Part shown: in pieces, positions 20,301 through 28,109 of the stretch
Layout of the letters: every line of letters starts with the position of its first letter
How positions within the stretch are numbered: position 1 is the stretch's first letter
IMG/VR virus record: IMGVR_UViG_3300032295_002537
Coordinates: 1 to 35,546 of that record
Direction: 5' to 3' (one strand)
DNA length: 35,546 nt
Source of the DNA: a virus
Lineage: Duplodnaviria > Caudoviricetes
Program-made: the position numbers and the translations under genes
The notes under the pieces: model-generated
Told to the model about the DNA's origin: nothing
What the model saw: only the letters and a program-made list of their open reading frames with translations
Database searches by the model: none

Positions 20301-23300
20301 ACTCCGGCTTCAACCGATTTGTTATTTGAATTGTACTTAATATCATGAGAAACTGCATCAACTATAAAACCAACATCTCTCTTACATTTTTCTCTATTAT
20401 AAGTTGTACTCAATCCTATATTAGGATAATTATATTCAACAAAAGATACTACTTCTTCTTGAATAAACTCTCTATTTAAATCCAATAAATCTGAAGCATC
20501 TGCAAATCTACCTCTTAAATATTGTTCCGAAGTTCCATCAAACTGATCACTTATATCATCAACTTCGATAACTTTATTTGTTTTATTGAGTATGAAAGAA
20601 CTTAAATCGACTCCTCTGTCAAAGAATATATTTTGTGTAGAACCATCATCATTTAACTCTTCTTCATAAACTCTTGCAAAATTTGTCTTTGTATTTAAAG
20701 ATATTGTTTGGTCTACATTAAGAAAAGTGAAAGAATCTGTAGAAACCAATTTTGGTTTCATATCAGATGACTTAGCAATTCCCAAATTAACTTCATTTAA
20801 TGTTGGTTGTGTAAGAATTTCCAAGTCCGAAAATTCTTTAAATCCAGATGGGTGGACAATGGATCTTACAGATTCTCTCCAAGTGTTGTAAGGAATATTC
20901 CCTTTGATTGAATAAGAAAATTTTTGATAGTAGAAATTGTCAGAAATTCTTTGCGAATAATCATTTAAAATACCAGAAGAAAAATCTATGGAAGAAGTTT
21001 TGTCTCTGGAAACCCCCAAAGTTGCATATAAATTAAATTTATCGAAATATTCAACAGTTCCAGTAATTTTAGATGTTTCACCAAAAATTTTATCACCAAC
21101 AGTTATATCTCCAGATACATCTTTTAATCTCATTTGATTGAGTTTACCATCCCAACCATTTTCCATAGTTAAACCGGAAAATCTTGGAGATGTTACTTTT
21201 TCATTTGAAAAATAATTGACATCATCTTTTAATATCATTTCAAAAACTGGCATGTCATTTTTATTAATAACAACTCCCAAATTAAACTCATCACTGTAAG
21301 TACCAAAAGATCCGGTTGAAATGCCGGCCATATCATAAGTTACCGTATTATTAGTTGTATTGACTCCTACAACATCAAAGAAAGTATAATTGTATGAAGA
21401 TGAATTAAAATTAGCATCATCGGAAGTTGAATCTGTTAATCTACAATTCTCAATGAAAATTTTATCTCCTATAGCAAAAGGATATACATAATCAGTTTTA
21501 CCAAATCCTGTAGGTAAGAAAGGGTTTAGACCTTCAATATTTGATAATTCCAATGTCACCAAGTTACTGACAACAGAAATTGTATCAATTTCATATCCAT
21601 TTGAATTAAAAATTGAAATAATTTCCAATGGTCCAGATAATGAAGTAGAATTTTTAATTACATCTACAGAAACTATAGAACCTCCAGATATGTTAGCACT
21701 AAGTTCAATTTCACGAACGTCATTTTTAACTATTAATTTTGGTGAAGTATTATATCTTCTTCCCCCAGTGATTATTCCAATATAATCTATGGTTCTTATG
21801 TCTTTGACGCCAATAATTGTTGGAACACTTAATGATGGCGAAAGTGTTGGATCTGTTGGATAATCAAATCCATCTTTAACCCTCGTAAAAGTTTCAACCT
21901 TTCCAATATTTGGAGATATTAATTTTACTACTGCATTAGTACCCAAATCACTTTTTATGTTTTTAATTTTTGGTATTTTTTTATATCCTCTACCGGGAAA
22001 ATTAATTTTTAATTTAGATATTGGCCCTAAAGCGTTAGTAGAAGTAGTTTTATAGGAAAAACTAGTTAAATTTTCACTGAGAATTTGTTTTTCGATGAAA
22101 GTTAATTTTTTGTTATTAAAAAATGTAAAGGTTTTTTCATTCGGACAACTATTTACTATAAAAGTGTTATTAAGTTGATGATTTATGATGGAAATTTTAT
22201 TATTTGATAATACATCAATATCTGTAGATATTTGTTTCTTACTCTCCTCGGAAGATCCCTTAGTAAATAAATTATAATAAATTGGGAAAAATTGTGCAGA
22301 AAGATCTAAAATAACTTTAGCTCCAGAATTTCCAGGAATTCCTTCTCTTTCCACGAAGAAACCGGTTCTTTCATTTATTTTTTCGACAAAATTTACATCA
22401 TAGTAAAATTGCAGGTCAAGATTCAAAAGACTAGAGTCCGATAGATCAAATTCTATTTTTGTTGTTCTTATGCAACTAATTTGTGGATTAATAAAATATA
22501 TTTTGTGAGTAGATCCACCAAGAGAAGAAAAATCAATAAAATTAGAATCATCAATATCACTTCGATATTGACATAATTTTATTTTGTTAAATCCAATTTT
22601 TGAAACATAATAAATTCCATAATGAGATAGTCCCCCTATTGGATATTGAGAAACATATACAATTTTATCTCCAGTTTCTATATTACCATCATACGAAGAA
22701 ATATCTATAGAATTTTCCGACAATGAAATATCGGTATCAGAAAAACTAATTTCTCTCATCAGTACTTTTCTGTTTACCGGATCAAAAATAACTTTTACAA
22801 CTTCATTGTAGTCTGTACTTATACTAAATTTTATAAGATCTCCAACTTTTAGATTATGATTTGATGTAGTTGTTACGATTCCTAGAGTTTTTTGTAAATT
22901 TCCTACAATTTTGGGATTTAAAGTTGTTAACGAATGAGCAGCTCCGATTATTCCAAAAGACTTTTCTTGATCCCAAAATTCCAAAGAATTATTATTAGTT
23001 CCTATTCCTATAGAACTTGTAAATCCAATGGTAGATAATCCAATATAATCTTTACCCAAATTTACAGCATAAACTACTTGATTATCATTTAATTTTATAG
23101 AAGCTGCAGATCCTACATTATTAACATATAAAGATGTTCCAGCAAAACCAGACCCAGAATTATAGATTAATGGTTGACCAGTATAAAACTTATGAGAAGG
23201 TAGATATATGCTTCTGGATGGGATAAATCTAATTTCCGATGTACTAGTTCCCAATCCAACAACAGTTCGGAATGAACCAGTTGATCCAACACCTATAGAA

Positions 23301-26300
23301 ATTTTAGGATCAAAAAATGTGGTGTAATTTTCAAATGTGTAATCTATTACATCCCCTGTTGAAATTTTAAATTGTCTTGGCAATAAAACGACGTTATCTA
23401 TTCCTGCTGTATGAATTCCGGTATTTTGAATTCTGTTCACATAAAAACCAGATCTTTTGGAATCGATATCAGTAATTAATAAAACTTCTGTTCCTATTCC
23501 TATAAAATCATTTACCTTAAATCCATTAATATCCTTTAATTTTATAAATGTTGATACTCCAGTAACTGCATCAACATTAATATCCTCTGACAATTCAGAT
23601 TCTTTTTCCGCAACTTCAACAATTTGAATTCCCTCAAATTTAGCTGTAGTAATTGTAGACATTCCACTAATTACTACTGGTTGTCCATTTTCAATTTCAT
23701 GTGGATATGTAGTTGTGACTACTGTATCAGGTCTTCTTATAAAAAATTCTACTTCTTCTATTAAATCTTCGGTTACGACAAAAGATTCAACTTCCCTACC
23801 ATCCAATTCACTTACAACTATATTTGATTGTATACCTTCAGTATCCGACACATCTATATCTACAGGATCATTGACTTTATAATTATCGCCAGAAGAAAAT
23901 ATAGATATATTTTCTATTTTACCGGAATTTATTGTTGTTACTGAAAATTCCTGTTTATATTCATCTAAAACTTTATCAATCAAATCATAAGATGAATTTG
24001 ACCTATTAGTATAATATGGTCCAACATTTCTAGTTAAATTTGTATCAAAAACATCATAGTCTTGATTATAAGCAGGTAAGAAATTATCTTCAATTGGATT
24101 ATTATAAAAATATGATCCAATAATATACGGATATCTTGGAACTGATTCATTTGCTGCATTAACTTCTATTGTAGCAAAATATGCATAAACACCATTAGGA
24201 TATTCTGGCGTTATTGCAAATCTTCCATTATGTTGATCTAGATCTCCAGATCCATCATATAAGTAATCATTAATAAAAAATCCAGGTTCAAATGATGGTG
24301 GCCTTTTTCCACTAGTGGTATCAACATTTAAAACATATCCAGTGCTCATCCTTCTTATGAAACCACCGGTGGTAGTGTCATATGCATATGGTCCATAAAT
24401 TGGATTTCCATCATATGCATATCCCAAAATTGGAGAATGATTCAGTGTTCCAGTACTTTCCTTATTATCCTCTGTGAAATTATCGGATAATTGATATCTT
24501 AATTTTTTAGGAACGTAAAAAGTTATAAACTGTAGTTGTAATTCTGGATTTTTACTAGAATGAACTATTCCATCATCTTGATTATTAATAATATTTTTAC
24601 TTTTAAAAATTTGATTTATTTTCCACTCTGTCAAATTTGTTAAAAATCTAGCATTTCTTCCTCTATTTTTTAATGTTAGTGAAGTATTTGCAGATTGATA
24701 CCCAACTCCACCAAAAACAATATTAACAGACATTAATTTGCCGTTTTCGATAATAGGTTCTAATTGTGCATAATTACCAACACCAGAAACTACTATCTCA
24801 GAATTATTCCTAAATCCATTTCCCCTACTTATTATTTGTACATCAACTATTGATCCATTAATGATAATTGGTTTTAGAATAGCTTCAGAGGTTATACTTG
24901 CAATTCCAGCGACTGGTCTTCTGTGATAATTAATAATGTCAGTACACCCATATCCTATACCACCATCTTCAAGATAAACATCATCAATAGACCCCAATAC
25001 AATTGGACGCAATTCTGATGTTATTGTTGTTGTAGACCCTATTGCAGATTTTGCTTCAACATGTATTTCAATTGCTGGATATCCAATTATGTGAGTTCCA
25101 ATTCCTAAAGAATTAAATTTAACGTATTTGTTTTTTATATAATTTTCATTATTTAAACTGGTACTAAATCCTGCATCATAAAGTCTAAATTTATTAAGAT
25201 CTACAACTCTAATTTGATAATACGATAATGTAGATAGTCCACTTATTGGCGTGTCGGTACACTGGTATGTAACATATTCTCCATCAGAAAATCCATGTTT
25301 TCTTGCAAAAATATATGAATCAAAAGTATTAATACCAGAAATTGAATTATTAGCAGAGAGAACAGATGGAACTTTTATTTTTCTATTTGAATATCCCCTT
25401 CCCGGATCTTTAACATATATTTTTGTAAAAGTATTTTTATTTTTTAGTGTTGTTATAAAATGAAATCCAGAAGAAACTCCAACAATATCGATTTCATTTA
25501 TCTTTTGAAGAGCATCAGTTTTATTATTAAATAACTTAATTTTATTATCAGTTAAAATGCCGACAAAATATGTCGAACTATTTACAATTCCAGGGATATT
25601 ACTATTATTATTAGAATCATAGATAACTTCCTCACCATCTTCAAACGGAATAGAAGATAAAAATTGTATTGTATTATTTGCCGTAGTTACATTAATATCG
25701 GCTTTAAATCCTGAGGATACTCTTGTACTAACAAAATTAGATTCTAATGCACATCCTACGCCATTTCCACCAGTTATAGTAATTTTTGGTTTTTCCTGAT
25801 ACCCGTAACCAGCGTTTATTATTTTAATTTCTTTGACTGTTCCTGAAAGATTTAAATGAGCTTTTGCCCCAGTTCCGGTTTCATCTTTTATTTCGATCGG
25901 TGGGGGATCAATAACATCATAATCTTCGCCAGAATTTGTGACATCAATAGAATACAACCCGCCATAATAAATGTTCTCATCAAATAAAGTTGGTGATAAT
26001 ATTTCAACACCATTTATCAACATTCCAATTTCTCTATTAAAGGTAGTCCTTTTATTGAGATCATCAAATAATGATTTTGATGCATTAAATGGAAATTTTT
26101 TCAATAATTTTTGATGTTTTAAAACTTTATTTTCATATCCAGACTTATATACAATATCATTAGTAATTGTAGAATTAATTTGAAGATATTTTTTTGAAAA
26201 AATATCGGACTTGCTGTATGATAATTTTATTTTATTATTGTCAACTTTTGTAACATAATAAAGTCCAGTTAAAATACCAGATGATGTATTTGGTTGATAA

Positions 26301-28108
26301 TAAATTAATTCTCCACTTAAAAAATTATGATTGGAAATATTAAAAGTATCTGTTGCAGAAGTTCCTACGGTAGATGATGCAAATTTTTTATTGTCGGTAG
26401 AAAAAATAGTATAATTTGGTAGTCCAGAAGAAGTTACATAAAAATACTTTTCTTCTGCATCAATATAAGTATTTTGAACCCCTGCAGGAATATTAGAAAG
26501 ATCATTAAAGTAATTACTGTAATGATTTACTTTATAAATTGTTTTTCTAACTTTATTGGAATTTAAAATGTTAAATGATCCAGAATTTACTACCTGAACT
26601 AAAATTGTATTACTATATTTTTTAATTATATCTGATACCGAATACTCAACACTGATAACATTGGCTTCGATATTTTCTCCCAAAGAATTTAATAATAAAA
26701 TAGTTTCACCAACATAAAAATAGACTTTATCAAATAATTTAATTCTATATTTTGTAGTATCTACTTGAGATATAGTTCTAATATTATGATTAGTTGGTAA
26801 ATTATACATCCAACTGTTAAACTCATACTCATCAAATAAGTCTCTACCAAATCCAGATAAAGAAATTGTATCTCCCACTCTTAAATTTGATGTCTTGGAA
26901 AAATCAATTTTATCAATTACATTAACAACTCTAAATTCTACTTTAGATGTATTTCCTACACCAACGTAACTAAAAGCAAATTTTTCTTCTACTAAATCTA
27001 ATCCAAAAGATAAAGGTTTAGTTACATTTGTAACTCCTGTAAATTGATTGATTGTTTTTCCGGAATAATTTATTGTTATATAATCAGAATTTTCGGGTTT
27101 TACCAAAATTGATCCGGAATTAGCAAATCCTACGGTAGAATCGACTAAAATATTATTACTATTTACTGAAACATCTTCTAATATTCTAGTTTTACCAGAA
27201 ACTTCAAAATTTCCAGTAAATGAAGTGCTATCTAGAGAAATTTCATAAAAATTTTTATTGCTTACTGGTCTATATTCTACATTAAAAATTGAAGCGCTAA
27301 CAGTACCGATTCCAGTTATATTTTGAAATAAGAAATTACCTTTGATATCTATTGGATTACCACCAGAAATTTTTTCTACTAAGATATTTTTTGTTATAAA
27401 ATATGAATTTGATGATGGAGATAGAGTAAAATCTTGAGGTTTTATAATTTCAATTTCAGATCCATATAATATTTTAAATAGAAGTTTATATGATTGATCT
27501 GTTCCTTTAGAAGAATATAAATCTTTAATTTTATATGCTATATTTTCTGTAGATATATTTTCATAAAAATCTCTGGCCTCAAATCCGGGTAAAAATTCAT
27601 ATTTAAATTTTTCAAAAAATTCAATTAAAAACAAATTACTCAAATTGTGGACAATATCCCCGTTAGAATGTTCTGAAGATTGTGTAACAGAAAATACTGC
27701 AAATTCCGGATTATTTAAAGATTTTAAATTTTCTATCCCACTAAATCCTCGGATACAATTTTGAAATGTTGTCTCAGTCTTTGAGGTGTATGTAATAATT
27801 TCATCATTTATCTTTAACAATCCATAGGAATTTGGCCAACCTTTTGTTGAAGTTACACTTATAGTTTCATCAAAAGTTAAAATATCAGAAGTTAAAGTAG
27901 TTTGTTCTATTAAATCAATATTGTTGAACTTTTTAATATTTTTATATTCAACTATATTAGAAATAATATCAATAGAACCAGACTGATGTTCTAAAGATTT
28001 ATAATATTGTCTAAGAAACTCCACAAAAAGAGGAGATTCTACGGATAAAAATTCTGGAATTTGAGATTCTATGATAGAATCAATTTTTACTCTTTTGATT
28101 TCTGACAT
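14318..28108 (-). CDS. gp7: Giant baseplate wedge initiator gp7-like multidomain protein, 4596 aa
   Basis: Lies between gp6 and gp8. Core motifs SQIPEF..., IKDLYSSKGT..SYKLLFKILYG and DNFYYQKFSY...VHPSGF. Also carries G.GY..P repeats, ~8 H-x-F-x-x-G barrel repeats, a YHYH-like domain, KCxRD helical domains and a BNR-like propeller. Confidence 0.85.
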   Translation of the reverse strand: MSEIKRVKIDSIIESQIPEFLSVESPLFVEFLRQYYKSLEHQSGSIDIISNIVEYKNIKKFNNIDLIEQTTLTSDILTFDETISVTSTKGWPNSYGLLKINDEIITYTSKTETTFQNCIRGFSGIENLKSLNNPEFAVFSVTQSSEHSNGDIVHNLSNLFLIEFFEKFKYEFLPGFEARDFYENISTENIAYKIKDLYSSKGTDQSYKLLFKILYGSEIEIIKPQDFTLSPSSNSYFITKNILVEKISGGNPIDIKGNFLFQNITGIGTVSASIFNVEYRPVSNKNFYEISLDSTSFTGNFEVSGKTRILEDVSVNSNNILVDSTVGFANSGSILVKPENSDYITINYSGKTINQFTGVTNVTKPLSFGLDLVEEKFAFSYVGVGNTSKVEFRVVNVIDKIDFSKTSNLRVGDTISLSGFGRDLFDEYEFNSWMYNLPTNHNIRTISQVDTTKYRIKLFDKVYFYVGETILLLNSLGENIEANVISVEYSVSDIIKKYSNTILVQVVNSGSFNILNSNKVRKTIYKVNHYSNYFNDLSNIPAGVQNTYIDAEEKYFYVTSSGLPNYTIFSTDNKKFASSTVGTSATDTFNISNHNFLSGELIYYQPNTSSGILTGLYYVTKVDNNKIKLSYSKSDIFSKKYLQINSTITNDIVYKSGYENKVLKHQKLLKKFPFNASKSLFDDLNKRTTFNREIGMLINGVEILSPTLFDENIYYGGLYSIDVTNSGEDYDVIDPPPIEIKDETGTGAKAHLNLSGTVKEIKIINAGYGYQEKPKITITGGNGVGCALESNFVSTRVSSGFKADINVTTANNTIQFLSSIPFEDGEEVIYDSNNNSNIPGIVNSSTYFVGILTDNKIKLFNNKTDALQKINEIDIVGVSSGFHFITTLKNKNTFTKIYVKDPGRGYSNRKIKVPSVLSANNSISGINTFDSYIFARKHGFSDGEYVTYQCTDTPISGLSTLSYYQIRVVDLNKFRLYDAGFSTSLNNENYIKNKYVKFNSLGIGTHIIGYPAIEIHVEAKSAIGSTTTITSELRPIVLGSIDDVYLEDGGIGYGCTDIINYHRRPVAGIASITSEAILKPIIINGSIVDVQIISRGNGFRNNSEIVVSGVGNYAQLEPIIENGKLMSVNIVFGGVGYQSANTSLTLKNRGRNARFLTNLTEWKINQIFKSKNIINNQDDGIVHSSKNPELQLQFITFYVPKKLRYQLSDNFTEDNKESTGTLNHSPILGYAYDGNPIYGPYAYDTTTGGFIRRMSTGYVLNVDTTSGKRPPSFEPGFFINDYLYDGSGDLDQHNGRFAITPEYPNGVYAYFATIEVNAANESVPRYPYIIGSYFYNNPIEDNFLPAYNQDYDVFDTNLTRNVGPYYTNRSNSSYDLIDKVLDEYKQEFSVTTINSGKIENISIFSSGDNYKVNDPVDIDVSDTEGIQSNIVVSELDGREVESFVVTEDLIEEVEFFIRRPDTVVTTTYPHEIENGQPVVISGMSTITTAKFEGIQIVEVAEKESELSEDINVDAVTGVSTFIKLKDINGFKVNDFIGIGTEVLLITDIDSKRSGFYVNRIQNTGIHTAGIDNVVLLPRQFKISTGDVIDYTFENYTTFFDPKISIGVGSTGSFRTVVGLGTSTSEIRFIPSRSIYLPSHKFYTGQPLIYNSGSGFAGTSLYVNNVGSAASIKLNDNQVVYAVNLGKDYIGLSTIGFTSSIGIGTNNNSLEFWDQEKSFGIIGAAHSLTTLNPKIVGNLQKTLGIVTTTSNHNLKVGDLIKFSISTDYNEVVKVIFDPVNRKVLMREISFSDTDISLSENSIDISSYDGNIETGDKIVYVSQYPIGGLSHYGIYYVSKIGFNKIKLCQYRSDIDDSNFIDFSSLGGSTHKIYFINPQISCIRTTKIEFDLSDSSLLNLDLQFYYDVNFVEKINERTGFFVEREGIPGNSGAKVILDLSAQFFPIYYNLFTKGSSEESKKQISTDIDVLSNNKISIINHQLNNTFIVNSCPNEKTFTFFNNKKLTFIEKQILSENLTSFSYKTTSTNALGPISKLKINFPGRGYKKIPKIKNIKSDLGTNAVVKLISPNIGKVETFTRVKDGFDYPTDPTLSPSLSVPTIIGVKDIRTIDYIGIITGGRRYNTSPKLIVKNDVREIELSANISGGSIVSVDVIKNSTSLSGPLEIISIFNSNGYEIDTISVVSNLVTLELSNIEGLNPFLPTGFGKTDYVYPFAIGDKIFIENCRLTDSTSDDANFNSSSYNYTFFDVVGVNTTNNTVTYDMAGISTGSFGTYSDEFNLGVVINKNDMPVFEMILKDDVNYFSNEKVTSPRFSGLTMENGWDGKLNQMRLKDVSGDITVGDKIFGETSKITGTVEYFDKFNLYATLGVSRDKTSSIDFSSGILNDYSQRISDNFYYQKFSYSIKGNIPYNTWRESVRSIVHPSGFKEFSDLEILTQPTLNEVNLGIAKSSDMKPKLVSTDSFTFLNVDQTISLNTKTNFARVYEEELNDDGSTQNIFFDRGVDLSSFILNKTNKVIEVDDISDQFDGTSEQYLRGRFADASDLLDLNREFIQEEVVSFVEYNYPNIGLSTTYNREKCKRDVGFIVDAVSHDIKYNSNNKSVEAGVYYWDAGVSYVANETEETLFAYNYVKFISQYVINNQTPPTLYQSAVDQIFNFDLIPDPLNPNSNRYKDARNLILANKREILDKSLASVAIGFPDFYFPGDAQTNPRSRYYDGYRLIQQNKQEIVDTAWSNTLTVYPGISTTISKCKRDLGYFVDAVSTDIFTGGNNYSREFTLQYFNNGFPIANGLVGEEAESVFAFCQARDLMRSAVRNGLTIKDVGITSGPATYGIGATVLNTSLVACTDVQLNIVTLVGIITSVISLGSTVGLPSVNVGSYTTGGNKCYRDLGYIVDSVAQDLSYGTNQHIIYSTKKYFTGAGAALTTGLLGEESESIYAFESSKDYMKKAITNQLNVRDLTITADPLTGFNTSPASCSDVQTNINTLVGILTVAIGNSSLSGIPTENYGTTDCADVRSSIGNYVGIITTIIGLGTDFAPIITYPSLTRGGSVVGLTTFKLKNKGTSLFKHEFSGSSIDVFTDTFTIENHNFQSGQELIYTYSSGTPVGIATTSYVSGPLDVLLNVHNFSGTAILENGYDVAITTSVSGTVPNGTPSSTIQYTQVIGVNTTGLGTDATFNVLISYNGSGVPISTSVVLKQGGSNYYVGQQVSIAGTNFGGTTPTNNLSFIVSKTGPTVITSQANQSYTSVPSSDLSGATFDVSRNNNGLINYVKVLNGGSGYNSNSIVSIAGTYIGGTGSKDNLSFVPLELGSKSLPPTVFVYKLNDNQFKLSGLSTSVFLTLTEVGTGIHNLAYKEPNASIIVTIDGIIQKPLSRKSLSVSLASSVSSASTTILSISSGISSLNIRDVININNELVSVKSIGITSSNQVEVARGYFGTVATSHTVGASSTVLNGSFNIVEDVIYFDVAPYGKIGPIGLETGSIFSARAFSRKFDPGITNDKNILFDDISLSFTGIAATEFTIKSSGQTTSTIFNNVNNTTEINNNPIILINNVFQDPTIDYTVDGSGVNVIRFLSGTPNSGRISKVGISTSYGYNPRIGAAASAVVSSGGTISNIILTGAGSGYRSSPAISIASTIGFGASITATVSAAGTITGFTIVNAGTGYTNTSIPNVVIGIPTGYSNLSLGYTGGTSGVGQGAKLTVEVGMGSSIISYKFDNTGVGYKVGDKLTPIGIPTSSSFMPFVLTVEQIEKDSFTGFYPGQFIRFDDISSFFNGFRKKFTLAITLNGIRQVIGLRVPDGTDLDISNNIFIYINDVLQVPNTSYTFSGSRITFKEAPKSGSKCVILYYRGSSVDVELIDPPKTIKPGDKVTIQENPLDVFDISQFDRVVKKIISSDQLETFNYYSVGIITDPTKIRPLTWQKQVQDTVISGTLYSKARPNLQSNIKPFATVIKKIEPDDASIYVDNAYPLFSDVDQLSEDIRDLIIVENRTIEPCLTEAVVSTSSSISSINIVDGGIGYANTQSPKVIVSETFIDKKDPIFTWTGGTGLSTTYDLKSIKYKDRFVSVGSSSIYATSADGITWQVGTVGFGQTSNFNSIEIVGVGTSNFLFSAGSLGQIIKATDYGTTVSNWQQIPLEEENTIPGFGAVSRVSSGYTGTFNQIVYSSFTDTWVAVGAGGSIFVGGGIGTNSFVSRYSETLSNLNSVVFGTEYFVSVGNDGVIRTSNNGTIWESVTSPVNTNLNKVIYANGKFIIVGDNGVILQSINRTSYQLISNNIGVLNIRNIYYNYGFYVLTTSSGELYYSFDLSNWIYRTTSQTKIINDVIFVDNLGSDGRYIAIGVGATAIHSEPVYNRATAVSNVVNGIVNSIQVVNPGFGYNPNNPPPVIVELDTYSTELIKSFKVEGDHGIIIGIQTFISGTPGIGTTSPKISFVLKSEQYDNSTLGIGYSSLNIFGVTNSQLSKGDYFVITDSNVQTGGNLIGISTILGGMSNYPNSIVGVATQFLDGIYLVEHVTTPSSGIVTVTCNFAPMVDNYVKVYARGENNTGINTSGYYGRYSWAKIYDYQNRILGNPKTFEIFNNNGISGLSSSPKILRTRNIISR

Positions 28109-28109
28109 T

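Noticed and set aside
5169-28108. Inteins, introns or homing endonucleases explaining the giant ORFs
   Set aside because: No intein splice-junction, LAGLIDADG, HNH or GIY-YIG motifs noticed; the size is explained by repeated and inserted structural modules.
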